Below are positions 47,011 through 56,797 of a stretch of DNA of 64,000 nucleotides, one piece after another. Every line of letters starts with the position of its first letter. Position 1 is the stretch's first letter. The stretch is from assembly GCA_964555185.1 (NCBI GenBank), contig CAZKRD010000002.1:120438-184437 (forward strand), in the 5' to 3' direction. A model generated the notes under the pieces. It was not told the origin of the DNA, did no database searches, and saw only the letters and a program-made list of their open reading frames with translations. The position numbers were made by a program, and so were the translations under genes. This DNA is from an uncultured Candidatus Saccharibacteria bacterium (GTDB lineage Bacteria; Patescibacteriota; JAQUNI01).

Positions 47011-48267
47011 TTAATGTACGGCGCAGGTAATGCAAAGGTCATAGGCGCGGATCAGCATTTTGATCGCTTGTTTCTGTTTTTTAAGATGGCTTTTTTCTGC
47101 TAAGAATCCCTCCAGATCGTATTCAAGGTTAAGTAAGAATTGGGCAGTCGGGGTAATGATATTGCAGTCGCGGATTTTGCCGCGAGCATCAATCCGGTAA
47201 TAATGAAAGAGGAGGCCGCGAGGCGCTTCATTCACTGCCAGTCCTTCCCCTGCTTTCAGCTTGTATTTTTTGTCTGCCTTATTTTTGATTTTTAAAGATT
47301 GAAGCAACTTTTTAGTCTGTTCAATGCAGTGGATAATTTCAATCATCTGGGCCAGAAGATTATAAAAAATATTGTAACAGGGCAGTTCAAACTGCGCCCT
47401 GCTTACTGCCCGCCGCGCTTCTGGATTTAGTTTTTTGTAACTCAAATTAATCCGGGCCAGGGCGCCGACAAGATAAGCATCCTCTTTGAGTTTGACTTTT
47501 TTGACTGGGTCCTCTTCCATCTCCTGAATTTCGGAAGCGGCTTTTAAGAATGCTTTAGCTGTATATTTTTTGTTTTTTGATGTTTTAATTCTGCCTTGAT
47601 CCAGAGCATATTCGCTTAGATCGTCCAGGCCCACGAAGGTGGTGAGCCGGGCAAACTGGGGAAAGGTTAGGTTGTTTAAGAAATCAAAGAGCTGGTTTGC
47701 TGTTTCCAAATTGCTTTCAATTTGATCCAGGATTTTTTGAAGATCAGATTTTTTAGGCAGGACCCGAAAGCCGCCAATTGTGGTTGTGGTCGGGTGGATG
47801 TCGCGGCCGCCAATTAGATTCAGGATCAAGTTGCCAAAGTCGCGGATCTCGATTGCGGCTCGGGCGATTTTTGGATTGATTTTTGCTAGGGTCAGGTCGC
47901 TTTTCAGATTGAAAAAATCCCCCAAAGCTAAGAAGTAGATGTGGGTCATATGGCTTTGGATTTGCTGGCCTAAAAGCATTAGTTTGCGCAGGATGATAGT
48001 CTGCTCGCTTGGCCGGACGGCCAATGCCGCCTCCAAGGCTTTAATTGAGGTTAGGTTGTGGACAGTCGGACAAATGCCGCAAATCCGAGAGGTGATCCAA
48101 GGCGCTTCTGTCCATGGACGACCCAAAAGCAAGCCTTCAATAAACCGCGCTCCTTCCTTGACTTCAATCCGCGCTTTTTTTATCCGACCCGCTTCTAAAT
48201 TTCCAACAAAACCGGCATGACCCTCGATCTTATTTATTTCGTTTATTTTAATTGTTACCTTTTCCAT
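47011..48267 (-). CDS. NiFe-hydrogenase large subunit, group 3b-type
   Basis: KIEGH, RICGICP..H, EAPRG, PTAQ, DLCITCAVH-stop. Confidence 0.93.
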   Translation of the reverse strand: MEKVTIKINEINKIEGHAGFVGNLEAGRIKKARIEVKEGARFIEGLLLGRPWTEAPWITSRICGICPTVHNLTSIKALEAALAVRPSEQTIILRKLMLLGQQIQSHMTHIYFLALGDFFNLKSDLTLAKINPKIARAAIEIRDFGNLILNLIGGRDIHPTTTTIGGFRVLPKKSDLQKILDQIESNLETANQLFDFLNNLTFPQFARLTTFVGLDDLSEYALDQGRIKTSKNKKYTAKAFLKAASEIQEMEEDPVKKVKLKEDAYLVGALARINLSYKKLNPEARRAVSRAQFELPCYNIFYNLLAQMIEIIHCIEQTKKLLQSLKIKNKADKKYKLKAGEGLAVNEAPRGLLFHYYRIDARGKIRDCNIITPTAQFLLNLEYDLEGFLAEKSHLKKQKQAIKMLIRAYDLCITCAVH

Positions 48268-48332
48268 TTTTGGTTTTGCTGAAAATAAAAATTAAATAAA
48301 AATTAAAAAATAAAAATTACGGATTGTAAAAA

Positions 48333-49061
48333 TCATTTTCTGTTCCCAAAAATTTCCAGTATCCTCTGATATTCTTTGATCCCTACCATTTTTTTCATTT
48401 TTTCTAAATTTGGTTCGTCTATTAATCCGCGGCATCCAGTGCAGCCAAGTCCGCCGCGGAGACAGACAGCCCCGCACCCGCCCCGGATGATCGGTCCAAG
48501 ACAGGTTTTTCCAGCGAGAAGCAGACAAGAGTACTGCTTGATTTGACATTCATAACAGACGGGCCGATTAGGAAGATAAGGTTTTTGACCATAGGCCAGC
48601 TGTTTTAAAACCTCCAAAATTTCTTTGCCTTCCGGCGGGCAGCCGGGGATTACAAAGTCAACTGCTGTATAAGCGGAAAGCGGTTTTATTTTCAGATTAT
48701 CAATTCTTTTGCTTTGGGGGTAAACATATTTTGCGATTTCGCTTTTTTTGCCGTAATTTTTTATTGCCTGAACACTGCCCAAATGGGCGCAAGCGCCCAA
48801 GGCGATTAAGGTTTTGCTTTTCGCCCGGAGATTTTCTAGTTTCTCCTTTTCTTCTTTGCGGACTACATTGCCTTCTATAATTGTGATGTCGATTTTTAAA
48901 TCCTTTTTCATCTCTTCATCTTCAATCAGGTGAAAATCGATCAACTCGAATTCGTCTAAAACTTCAAAAAGTTCCTGGCCCAGATCCAAGGCAGTAAAAA
49001 GACAGCCATTGCAGGAAGTAAGAGAGGTGATGATTAAAGATTTTTTTGTTTTGTTTTTCAT
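48333..49061 (-). CDS. NiFe-hydrogenase small subunit (delta)
   Basis: SCNGC, GACA, PGCPP, VCYEC, CLGP, GCGAVC, CTGCRG. Confidence 0.92.
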   Translation of the reverse strand: MKNKTKKSLIITSLTSCNGCLFTALDLGQELFEVLDEFELIDFHLIEDEEMKKDLKIDITIIEGNVVRKEEKEKLENLRAKSKTLIALGACAHLGSVQAIKNYGKKSEIAKYVYPQSKRIDNLKIKPLSAYTAVDFVIPGCPPEGKEILEVLKQLAYGQKPYLPNRPVCYECQIKQYSCLLLAGKTCLGPIIRGGCGAVCLRGGLGCTGCRGLIDEPNLEKMKKMVGIKEYQRILEIFGNRK

Positions 49062-49070
49062 TGTTGGCGC

Positions 49071-49856
49071 TTACTTCGAGAACGGTATTTTTTTGTTTTG
49101 ATCTAAATTTAATTTGAAATTTTTTTCTAGGATTTTTCCTGCCCCCGGGTTTTTGCTTTCGGCAATGATTGAGGAAAGCAAATCAAACCGGTAAAGTCCG
49201 GGCTTGCCAAAGTCAATTGTCTCCTTGTTTTGTTTAGAAACCTTAGTGAGGTATTCAATTTGTTTTTGCTTGCTTTCTAATTTTTGAGCAAGCAAGACAA
49301 GCCTTTGGTTTGCGCTTGAATCTATGATTACGCCGAAGTGATGGAAAACATTCTGATTTTTTTTGATTTCCAGATCTCTCGGGACAAAGGCGTTTTTGAA
49401 GATTATTTTTTTTGTCTGAAAGCCGTATTCTAAATCCGCCAAAGTATTGTTGCTTACGGTCCGCAAGTTGGTTGTCTTGCAGACGGTTAAAATATGAGCA
49501 AGGGCATAAGCCGGAGAATAAACCTTTTCAATTTCATTTTCGGACAGAGCGATCTGGTGGTCAATAGCAAAGCAGTCTAAGATATCTTGATCGCGGAGCA
49601 AGGTTTTCCCGTGTTTCTCGGCATAAAAACTGATTGTATTCGGGAAGGCGGTCAGGATGTGCTTTGAAAGAGTAGAGAGTTTAACCGGCGACTGCTTGAT
49701 GAATTTTTTAAGATCGGTTGTGTTAACACAAAAAGGATGCAGGAAGAGCTTGCTTACAGTCTTCACTGCTCTTTCGGTTAGCTTTATTTTCTCAAAATTA
49801 GGCAGGGTTTTTTTTCTGTTTTCATTTAGCTTTTGGATAAGGTCTTCTTTGACCAT
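49071..49856 (-). CDS. Hypothetical hydrogenase-operon protein (possibly a remote DUF6390 homologue)
   Basis: 261-aa ORF inside the operon; C-terminal V.HHFG resembles the HypC-like OB-fold His strand. Confidence 0.5.
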   Translation of the reverse strand: MVKEDLIQKLNENRKKTLPNFEKIKLTERAVKTVSKLFLHPFCVNTTDLKKFIKQSPVKLSTLSKHILTAFPNTISFYAEKHGKTLLRDQDILDCFAIDHQIALSENEIEKVYSPAYALAHILTVCKTTNLRTVSNNTLADLEYGFQTKKIIFKNAFVPRDLEIKKNQNVFHHFGVIIDSSANQRLVLLAQKLESKQKQIEYLTKVSKQNKETIDFGKPGLYRFDLLSSIIAESKNPGAGKILEKNFKLNLDQNKKIPFSK

Positions 49857-50728
49857 AGTCTGTGTTGAAAAATGACAAGATAGACACCTAAAGAGAGAAG
49901 GATAATCCCCAAGATTTTTAAAGGTAGTATTGTCTGGTCGATAAAGACCAAAGAGAGCAGGGCGGTAAGCGGGGCGCCTAGTGATAGGATCGCGGTCGCG
50001 GTGAAGGCAGGAATGTATTTTAAGCCGTTATAAAACGTGATGACATAAGCAAACAGAATTATACTGCTGATCACAATCCAAATGTATTGCCCTAGAGAGT
50101 CACCTGGGATCATATTAGATAATCCTTGTTTTGCGATTAAGAAAATCAGGATGAAAATTGTGCCAAAAAACATTCTGCCCCAGGCCACGGTAAAAGCGGA
50201 AAGATTTTTCAAGAGCTTTTTAGAGAGCGCGATTTCAAAAGCCCACATCATTGTCGCGATTAAAATTAGAAAGTCTCCTCGGTTGAAGGCCTCTGGTCTG
50301 TATTGGAAATAACAGATACTGCCAGAGAGGATAACAAGCGCGGCAATCAGTTCGTATTTATTTATTTTTTTCTTTAGGAAAATCCAGGAGATCGGAATCA
50401 GCCAAACAAAGAGGGTTTTATGGAACAAGCTGGCTTGAGCCGCCGAGGTGATGGCCAAACCCTTAAAAAACAGCAAGAAAGGGATTGAGCCGCCGATCAG
50501 GCCAACCAGAATCAGTGTCAGCCAGTTTTTGTTTGTTAGGGATTTGAATTCTTTGAGACGGTAGATCAAAAGAATGGCGGTTGTTAGCAGGAGCGCGACA
50601 ATCAGGTTTTTAGCAAAGGTGAAGAAGTAAGGGTCAAGACCTTTTACTCCCCATTTGTTCAAGAAGATCGCAAAGCCGGAAATGACGGCGGCGGTTAAGA
50701 CTAATAGAATACCTTTGGTGGATTTCAT
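49826..50728 (-). CDS. DMT/EamA family transporter
   Basis: 10 TM helices in two repeats; PFLLFF.GL. Confidence 0.88.
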   Translation of the reverse strand: MKSTKGILLVLTAAVISGFAIFLNKWGVKGLDPYFFTFAKNLIVALLLTTAILLIYRLKEFKSLTNKNWLTLILVGLIGGSIPFLLFFKGLAITSAAQASLFHKTLFVWLIPISWIFLKKKINKYELIAALVILSGSICYFQYRPEAFNRGDFLILIATMMWAFEIALSKKLLKNLSAFTVAWGRMFFGTIFILIFLIAKQGLSNMIPGDSLGQYIWIVISSIILFAYVITFYNGLKYIPAFTATAILSLGAPLTALLSLVFIDQTILPLKILGIILLSLGVYLVIFQHRLWSKKTLSKS

Positions 50729-50736
50729 AATTTTTT

Positions 50737-50816
50737 AATTTCAAATTTCAAAATCTAAATGTCAAATCAAACTCAAAGTTCAAAATCAAAAAGATTGCAA
50801 ATTTGTCATTTGGATT
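50737..50816. repeat. Heptamer element, inverted relative of 13731-13819
   Basis: aatttcaaatttcaaa..taaatgtcaaatcaaa...gtcatttggatt shared. Confidence 0.65.
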
Positions 50817-51021
50817 CGGCTTGGTATTTTAAGTGTTTTATTAACCGAAATATATTTCGAGCTTGTTTAGTGGATAGTTTGCCAATAATTAGACTGTTTT
50901 GCTTCAAGATCCAATCTCCTTTTTTAACTGAAACCAAAGAAGAATCAAGGGTGTCTCCTTGTTCTGATTTTGCTTGATTTCCTTTTATTTGAGTTATTTT
51001 TTGAGGTAAAGCAAAACACAT
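50806..51021 (-). CDS. hypC: HypC-like chaperone
   Basis: MCFALP N-terminus, VKKGDWIL (usual His replaced by Gln). Confidence 0.75.
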   Translation of the reverse strand: MCFALPQKITQIKGNQAKSEQGDTLDSSLVSVKKGDWILKQNSLIIGKLSTKQARNIFRLIKHLKYQAESK

Positions 51022-51023
51022 GT

Positions 51024-51221
51024 TAGTTAATTTTCAATTTTCAAGTACCAATGTACTAATCAATTTTCAATTTTCAAGTACCAATTTTCAATCAATTTTC
51101 AATAACCAATAACTAAATGTTCAAACTGTTTGAAAATTAAATCTATTTGAACCTTCGTCCCGAGCTCAGGTCGAGGGAAATTATGATTTGATTGAACATT
51201 GGTCCTTGTAAATTGGTAATT
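51024..51221. repeat. MITE-like TTTTCAA element, copy C, with 26-bp nested insert (51152-51177)
   Basis: Near-identical to copy B plus ccttcgtcccgagctcaggtcgaggg. Confidence 0.85.
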
Positions 51222-51242
51222 CAAACAATATTTTCAACCTTG

Positions 51243-52052
51243 TCAGATGACATCAGGGATATTTTTAATTTTTTCCCAAGCAAACACCGGTCCGTCTTGG
51301 CATACATATTTTCCATTGACCAGGACGCAGTGCTGACAGACGCCAATCCCGCAGTGGATCCGGCGCTCCAAGGACAGATAGATGTTTTTGTCTTTGAATT
51401 TTAATTTTTTTAACCTCTCCAAAACAAATTTATACATAACAGGCGGGCCAACCACGAAAGCAAGGGCTTGTTTTAGAGTTTTATGTTTATCGAATAAAGT
51501 GGTGATTACGCCTACATTGCCGCGCCAACGGGGCTGGCACTGGTCCAAGGTGACTCGGACATCAATTTTGTTTTTGCGCCAGGCCGGAAACTCTTTTTCA
51601 AAGATACGATATTCCTCGCATCGGGTTCCATAAAAAAGTTGTACTTGCCGGTAAGCCCGCCTTTTGCTGATGATGCTTTTTATTACTGAACGGAGAGGAG
51701 CAAGACCAATGCCGCCAGCCACAATCAGGAGATTCTTTTGAGAGATTTTTTCCAAAGGAAAACCATGGCCATAGGGTCCGCGGGCGCCGATTAGATCTCC
51801 TTTTTTTAATTTGAAAAGCGAATCAGTTAAAACCCCTTTCTCTTGGACCGTGATTTGGAATTGTTTGGAATCGTATTGGCTGGAACAAAAAGCAAAGGGA
51901 GCTTCTCCCACTCCAGGCAAAGAGATTTCTGAAAACTGGCCTGCTGTAAAATGGATTTTTTTCTCTGGTTTGATTGTGAAGACTTTTACATTAGGAGCGT
52001 CGCAATAGACGTTTAATATTTTTGCTTTTTGCGGGATGAGGTCGTTTTTCAT
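51243..52052 (-). CDS. Sulfhydrogenase gamma subunit (FAD/NAD(P)-binding, 2Fe-2S)
   Basis: GEAP, RGPYG.GF, GGIGLAPLR, GPP.M, CGIGVCQHC...C.DGPVF. Confidence 0.92.
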   Translation of the reverse strand: MKNDLIPQKAKILNVYCDAPNVKVFTIKPEKKIHFTAGQFSEISLPGVGEAPFAFCSSQYDSKQFQITVQEKGVLTDSLFKLKKGDLIGARGPYGHGFPLEKISQKNLLIVAGGIGLAPLRSVIKSIISKRRAYRQVQLFYGTRCEEYRIFEKEFPAWRKNKIDVRVTLDQCQPRWRGNVGVITTLFDKHKTLKQALAFVVGPPVMYKFVLERLKKLKFKDKNIYLSLERRIHCGIGVCQHCVLVNGKYVCQDGPVFAWEKIKNIPDVI

Positions 52053-53005
52053 TTCGAGAATTTTTTTATTTTTTCTAGGTTTTTTTGGATATTAATCCCG
52101 ACCGGACAAACCTCGTTGCATCTTCCGCATTGGACGCAGCCAACAAATCCATATTCTTCGGGCATCCGGACAAACTTGTGGTCGTACCAATTGTAGATCC
52201 TTTCTTCAATATTCTTTAAGAATTTGTGCCCGCCCGCAACCTCGGAAAATTCTGAATAAAAGCAGTTTCCCCATTCGCGTTTAACTTTTCCTTCAGTGTC
52301 TGTTTTCAAATCGTAGCAATAACAGGTAGGACAGACCATGGTGCACTTGCCGCAGGCAAGGCATCTTTTGGCTAAATCTTTCCAAATCTTGGCGCCGCGC
52401 GACTTTTTCATTTTTTCTTTGATCTCAAGCCAATAAGCAGAATCTCCGCGGTTTAAGCGAAGCGGGCCTTGATATTCAATATGCTGATAGTCTTCTTGCT
52501 TAAAGTTTTCTAAGATTCTTTGGCCGTCCTCCGAGCCGGTGAATAAGCGATAGGTATTGTCTTGATTTCGATCAATATAAATATCAAATTTTAAATGCCG
52601 TAGGATTTTTTCCTCAAAGTTTTTGTAAGAGAGATTTTGATCAGGGATCGGTGACTTGCCGATAATAATTGTGTTACGTAAACTAGCTTGGAAATAAGGG
52701 TCGCGAGCAAAGATGATCGCGTATTGGGTTAGAGCTTCTAGATCAAACAAAGGAATGCCAAAGATTACCCTTTTTTTTATTGGCGGTTTTTGGGATTCAA
52801 ATTTTTTATTTTGGTATTGGTACAAGACTCTAGAGGGCGGCAAAAATAATTTCCGCAAAGGATAAAAAGATTTTTCGTCTTCTTCAATCTGATCTCCCGA
52901 ATTAATTTTCACAAAATCAACCAGTTCGCCCATTCTTTTGCGCGCCCAAACCTCAAAGCGCAGACAAAGCCAGTCAATAAGATTGTGATAAATAACAGAG
53001 TCCAT
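52049..53005 (-). CDS. Sulfhydrogenase beta subunit (4Fe-4S dicluster)
   Basis: CLACGKCTMVCPTCYC, HKF, CVQCGRCNEVCP. Confidence 0.9.
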   Translation of the reverse strand: MDSVIYHNLIDWLCLRFEVWARKRMGELVDFVKINSGDQIEEDEKSFYPLRKLFLPPSRVLYQYQNKKFESQKPPIKKRVIFGIPLFDLEALTQYAIIFARDPYFQASLRNTIIIGKSPIPDQNLSYKNFEEKILRHLKFDIYIDRNQDNTYRLFTGSEDGQRILENFKQEDYQHIEYQGPLRLNRGDSAYWLEIKEKMKKSRGAKIWKDLAKRCLACGKCTMVCPTCYCYDLKTDTEGKVKREWGNCFYSEFSEVAGGHKFLKNIEERIYNWYDHKFVRMPEEYGFVGCVQCGRCNEVCPVGINIQKNLEKIKKFSK

Positions 53006-53030
53006 GGGGAAATTGTTCTAATTATTTTAA

Positions 53031-53152
53031 TTATTCTAATTGACCTAAACAAACCCCAATGACCAAATCCTAATGACCTAAATGTTTGAATGGTTTTTTA
53101 AAGATTGGGATTTCTGACATTGTTTAGAATCATTAGAACAATTAGAATAATT
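53031..53152. repeat. AT-rich inverted-repeat element
   Basis: aattgttctaattatt... arm versus ...attagaacaattagaataatt arm; internal aatgacc units. Confidence 0.6.
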
Positions 53153-54064
53153 CTATTTCTCTTTTGCCAAATAGTTAAAAGCCGAGATTGCCGCTTTTGC
53201 TCCCTCGCCGGCCGCGATCACGATCTGCTCATAAGCGACATCTGTAATGTCGCCGCAGGCAAAAATTCCTTCTGTACTCGTGCAGCAGAATTTGTCTATT
53301 TTTATTTTGTTATCTTGATCTAATTGAACCAGATTTTTAACAATTTGCGAGTTTGGAATGCTGCCAATTTCAACAAAGACCCCTTCCAATTTTATTTTTT
53401 TCGCTTTTCCGGTCTTGTTATCTTTTATTTTCATCCCCGCTACTAAACTTTGACCAAAGATTTCAGTGATTTGAGTCTGGGTTAAAATCTCAATTTTTGC
53501 TAAAGATTTAACTCGCTCAAGCAGTAGAGGGTCGCCTTTACAGATTGGGCCGGCTTCAATGAGATAAATTTTATTTGCGACCTTGTCCATTTGAATCGCG
53601 GTTTCCAGGCCGGAGTTTCCACTTCCTACCACGGCAACAGTTTTTCCAGCAAATAGGGGTCCATCACAGGTAGCGCAGTAAGTAACGCCTTTGTTTTTGA
53701 ATTTTGACTCTCCTGGCACAGAGAGTCTCCGTGGCTTTTTGCCCATTGCCAGGATGATTGTACTTCCTTTAAAGGTTCCCTTTTCAGTCTTCACCTGAAA
53801 ATCTGAAGGTTCAGCTTTTGTTATTTTGGTCGCCTGATCTTTTTTGATCTCTACGGCGAACTTTTCCAGATGTTTGGTGAGTTTTTGAGCCAGTCCGACT
53901 CCGGTTTCAGAACTAAGCGCGGGGTAATTTTCGACTTCCCATGTCTCCAAAACTTGTCCTCCAAGATTAGGGCTTAGGAGCAGGATTTTTAGTTTTTTGC
54001 GGGCCGCATAGATGCCTGCCGTGATTCCGGCCGGCCCCCCGCCAATAATGATTGTGTCGTACAT
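53153..54064 (-). CDS. trxB: Thioredoxin reductase
   Basis: GGGPAG, YCATCDG, G.GNSG, GDIT. Confidence 0.92.
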   Translation of the reverse strand: MYDTIIIGGGPAGITAGIYAARKKLKILLLSPNLGGQVLETWEVENYPALSSETGVGLAQKLTKHLEKFAVEIKKDQATKITKAEPSDFQVKTEKGTFKGSTIILAMGKKPRRLSVPGESKFKNKGVTYCATCDGPLFAGKTVAVVGSGNSGLETAIQMDKVANKIYLIEAGPICKGDPLLLERVKSLAKIEILTQTQITEIFGQSLVAGMKIKDNKTGKAKKIKLEGVFVEIGSIPNSQIVKNLVQLDQDNKIKIDKFCCTSTEGIFACGDITDVAYEQIVIAAGEGAKAAISAFNYLAKEK

Positions 54065-54069
54065 AACTT

Positions 54070-54160
54070 TAATGCAAAAATCAAAATGTAATTCAGAATG
54101 TAAAAATAATTTTGCATTTTACATTTTCATTTTGACCTTTGCATTTTGATTTTTGCATTA
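54070..54160. repeat. Heptamer inverted-repeat element (AATGCAA/TTGCATT type)
   Basis: 19-bp perfect terminal IR taatgcaaaaatcaaaatg/cattttgatttttgcatta; includes the mutM stop codon. Confidence 0.8.
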
Positions 54161-54985
54161 TTTCTGGCATTTTGAACAAAAGTGGGCTGATCTATTATTG
54201 ATTTTGATCCGTTTAATCGTTGTTTTGCATTTTTTACAAGGGTCTCCTGTCCGGTGATAGACCCTAAGGTGCAGTTGGTGCTTTCCCTTCTTGCCATAAG
54301 CTTCGCGGTACCACTGATCAGAAGTGCCGTGGTGCTTGATCGCCTCGCGCAATACTTTTTTGATTGCTCGATAGAGACTTTGTAATTTTGCAGGCGGGAT
54401 TTTACCAGTCGGGGTTTCGGGATGGATCTTGGCCAGAAACAGCGCTTCGTCAGAATAGATATTGCCGATCCCGCTTATTTTAGCTTGATCAAGAAGCAGG
54501 GTTTTGATTTTTGCGGTTTTCCCTTTGAGGATTTCTTTGAATTTTTGAAAGGTGAATTTAGGCTCCAGAGGATCAGGCCCTAGTTTTTGAATCTTGCCGA
54601 AATCTTTTTCTAACTCCTTTTTAGGGAGAAGCCAGATTTGGCCGAATTTGCGCAGATCATTAAAACGTAGTTCGCAAAGTTTCCCTAAAGAGAACTTAGC
54701 ATGATTATATTTATCCGGCAGATCAGAGGGCTTTCGGATAAAGAGCTGACCGGTCAGCCGTAAATGAATGGCGAGGATTAGTCCGCCTGATAATTCCAAG
54801 AGGATAATTTTTCCCTTTCTTCTAACCTTAATGATTTTTTGATTCTGAATTGTTTGTTGAAATTTTTTCAAGCTATGCCCGACCAGCATTTTGGGCGTGT
54901 CTGAAGAAAAGGCGGTAATCGTTTTGCCGCGGATCCCTCTTTGGAGTTGTCTTACGATGGTTTCGACTTCAGGGAGTTCAGGCAT
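54158..54985 (-). CDS. mutM: Formamidopyrimidine-DNA glycosylase
   Basis: MPELPEVE, R.GK, D.RKFG, GIGNIY.DE, C-terminal C4 zinc finger. Confidence 0.96.
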   Translation of the reverse strand: MPELPEVETIVRQLQRGIRGKTITAFSSDTPKMLVGHSLKKFQQTIQNQKIIKVRRKGKIILLELSGGLILAIHLRLTGQLFIRKPSDLPDKYNHAKFSLGKLCELRFNDLRKFGQIWLLPKKELEKDFGKIQKLGPDPLEPKFTFQKFKEILKGKTAKIKTLLLDQAKISGIGNIYSDEALFLAKIHPETPTGKIPPAKLQSLYRAIKKVLREAIKHHGTSDQWYREAYGKKGKHQLHLRVYHRTGDPCKKCKTTIKRIKINNRSAHFCSKCQK

Positions 54986-55027
54986 AATATCAGTTAAAAG
55001 TGCAAAGTGAAAAGTTACAGCGCGAGC

Positions 55028-55085
55028 TGTCATTGCTTCGTCGCCTCTCGCTCGTTTCACTCGCTTGAGACTCCTCGCAATGACA
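55028..55085. repeat. TGTCATTGC...GCAATGACA repeat, copy 3
   Basis: Same ends as 38337-38375 with a longer core. Confidence 0.7.
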
Positions 55086-55112
55086 AATTGAAATTTGTCA
55101 CCTTGAACTTTG

Positions 55113-55142
55113 CCTGCCTGCCGAAGCCTTGGCGTAGGCAGG
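55113..55142. repeat. CCTGCCT...AGGCAGG palindrome
   Basis: cctgcctgccgaagccttggcgtaggcagg hairpin. Confidence 0.55.
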
Positions 55143-55151
55143 AATTTTGAA

Positions 55152-56606
55152 CTAATTTTGCCCGATCATTACCGCGATCGGCTGGAGGCGGGCGATTTTT
55201 TTAGTGATTTTACGTTCGACCAGAGCATCAATCACCAGCTCAATATCTTTATAGGCCATCGGCGCTTCGTCCAAGACCTCAAGGACAGATCTAAAGTTGG
55301 TTAAGATATTACCCAGTTTTTTTTCAAACTCTTGGGGCTTGACTTCTCTTTTTGCCTGTGTGCGGGAGAGCCTTCTTCCCGCGCCGTGATTGACAGAATA
55401 GAAAGTCTCTTGAGCATTTTCGCCGGCAACCAGGATGTAAGAAGGGGTGGCCATTGAACCAGGGACAAGCGCGGGGTGGCCGGTTTCTTGATAGATTTTT
55501 GGATTTTGAGGGTGATTTGCCGGCAGAGCCCTAGTTGCTCCTTTGCGGTGGATTAAATACTCTCTGCCCGAAGAGTCTTTTTCAAATTTGGCAATGTTAT
55601 GAGCAACATCGTAGAGCAGTTCCATACCTAAAGCTTCAGGGTCTTTACCGAACATTTCGGCAAAGGCATCTCTGACATCGTGCATAATTAAGTGGCGGTT
55701 ACAGAAAGCATAATTAACCGCTGCTGCCATTGCTTTGAAATAGTTTTGACCCGCTTCGGATCGAATCGGTACGGCAGCTAAGCCCTTGGTCGGGATATAG
55801 AGACCTTGTTTTTGAGCTTCTTCAAACAACGTCTGCATATAATCATGGCCGATTTGATGACCAAAGCCGCGGGAACCACAGTGAATCATTACGCAAATAT
55901 TGTTTTGGGAAAGACCAAAGGTTGAAGCCGCTTTTTCATTATATATTTTTTCGATTACTTGAATATCAATGAAATGATTGCCGCCGCCTAAAGTACTTAA
56001 TTGATTTTCACCTCGCCTTTGCGCCCGGTCAGAAACAGCGCCTAAATCCGCGCCTGCCATGATTCCCCTCTCCTCACAATGTTCAATATCAGAAGGTTGA
56101 CCATAGCCTTTTTGGACCAAAAGAGGTACACCTTTTTTTACAACATCAGCTAAGCTAATGTCTCGTAGTTTGCCCCTTACCCCAGATTTACCTGTGCCCA
56201 GAGGGATCCGTTTTTCAATCTTACGCATTAGCTTTCTTAATTTCGGCTTGTCTATTTTTTTATTCTTTCCTTGGAATTTTGAAAGCGGGATCCCTGTTTT
56301 GACAAGTCTCACCCCGCAATTAATATCATAACCAACCGCGCCTGCTGAAATTAATCCTTTTTCAGGATCCATTGCCATCACCCCGCCAATCGGCAAGCCA
56401 AAACCAACGTGGATATCAGGGAGGCCGATTACGGGCTCAATTACGCCCTGAAGAGAAGCGGCAGCGGCCAGTTGATCTAAAGACTCGTCTTCCTCCAGCT
56501 CCTCTTTTAGTTCGTTATTTAAATATAAAACCGCGTCAACCAGCATTTGGCCGTGTTTTTTAATCCGGAAGCGATTTTTGCCGTCAGGCAAAAGATTGTA
56601 TCGCAT
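55152..56606 (-). CDS. rtcB: RNA 2',3'-cyclic phosphate ligase RtcB
   Basis: PD.H, GYDINCG, GGGNHF, H.GSRG, HN, HRKGA, PGSM, HGAGR. Confidence 0.95.
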   Translation of the reverse strand: MRYNLLPDGKNRFRIKKHGQMLVDAVLYLNNELKEELEEDESLDQLAAAASLQGVIEPVIGLPDIHVGFGLPIGGVMAMDPEKGLISAGAVGYDINCGVRLVKTGIPLSKFQGKNKKIDKPKLRKLMRKIEKRIPLGTGKSGVRGKLRDISLADVVKKGVPLLVQKGYGQPSDIEHCEERGIMAGADLGAVSDRAQRRGENQLSTLGGGNHFIDIQVIEKIYNEKAASTFGLSQNNICVMIHCGSRGFGHQIGHDYMQTLFEEAQKQGLYIPTKGLAAVPIRSEAGQNYFKAMAAAVNYAFCNRHLIMHDVRDAFAEMFGKDPEALGMELLYDVAHNIAKFEKDSSGREYLIHRKGATRALPANHPQNPKIYQETGHPALVPGSMATPSYILVAGENAQETFYSVNHGAGRRLSRTQAKREVKPQEFEKKLGNILTNFRSVLEVLDEAPMAYKDIELVIDALVERKITKKIARLQPIAVMIGQN

Positions 56607-56608
56607 AT

Positions 56609-56797
56609 TTACTTTTTGATTTTGATTGCTTCTACCGGGCAGGCTTGGGCCGCGTCCTGGACATCGCACCCTTCTGCTCCTTCTGGCTTTAACACCTTTG
56701 CTTTGTAGGTATCCTGGTTTAGTTTAAAAACTTGAGGGCACATTGTCTCGCAAGTATTACAGCCAATACATTTTTCTTGATCAATGGTTATTTTCAC
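56609..56797 (-). CDS. Ferredoxin
   Basis: CIGCNTC...CP...CPVEAI. Confidence 0.9.
   Translation of the reverse strand: MKITIDQEKCIGCNTCETMCPQVFKLNQDTYKAKVLKPEGAEGCDVQDAAQACPVEAIKIKK

Noticed and set aside
54986-55060. N-terminal extension of MutM given by the ORF track
   Set aside because: MutM needs an N-terminal Pro (MPELPEVE); the extension reads through a palindromic repeat
55152-56606. RtcB as a ligase that splices the hairpin elements out of mRNA
   Set aside because: Purely speculative; most elements are intergenic and in-CDS copies preserve the frame, so splicing is not required
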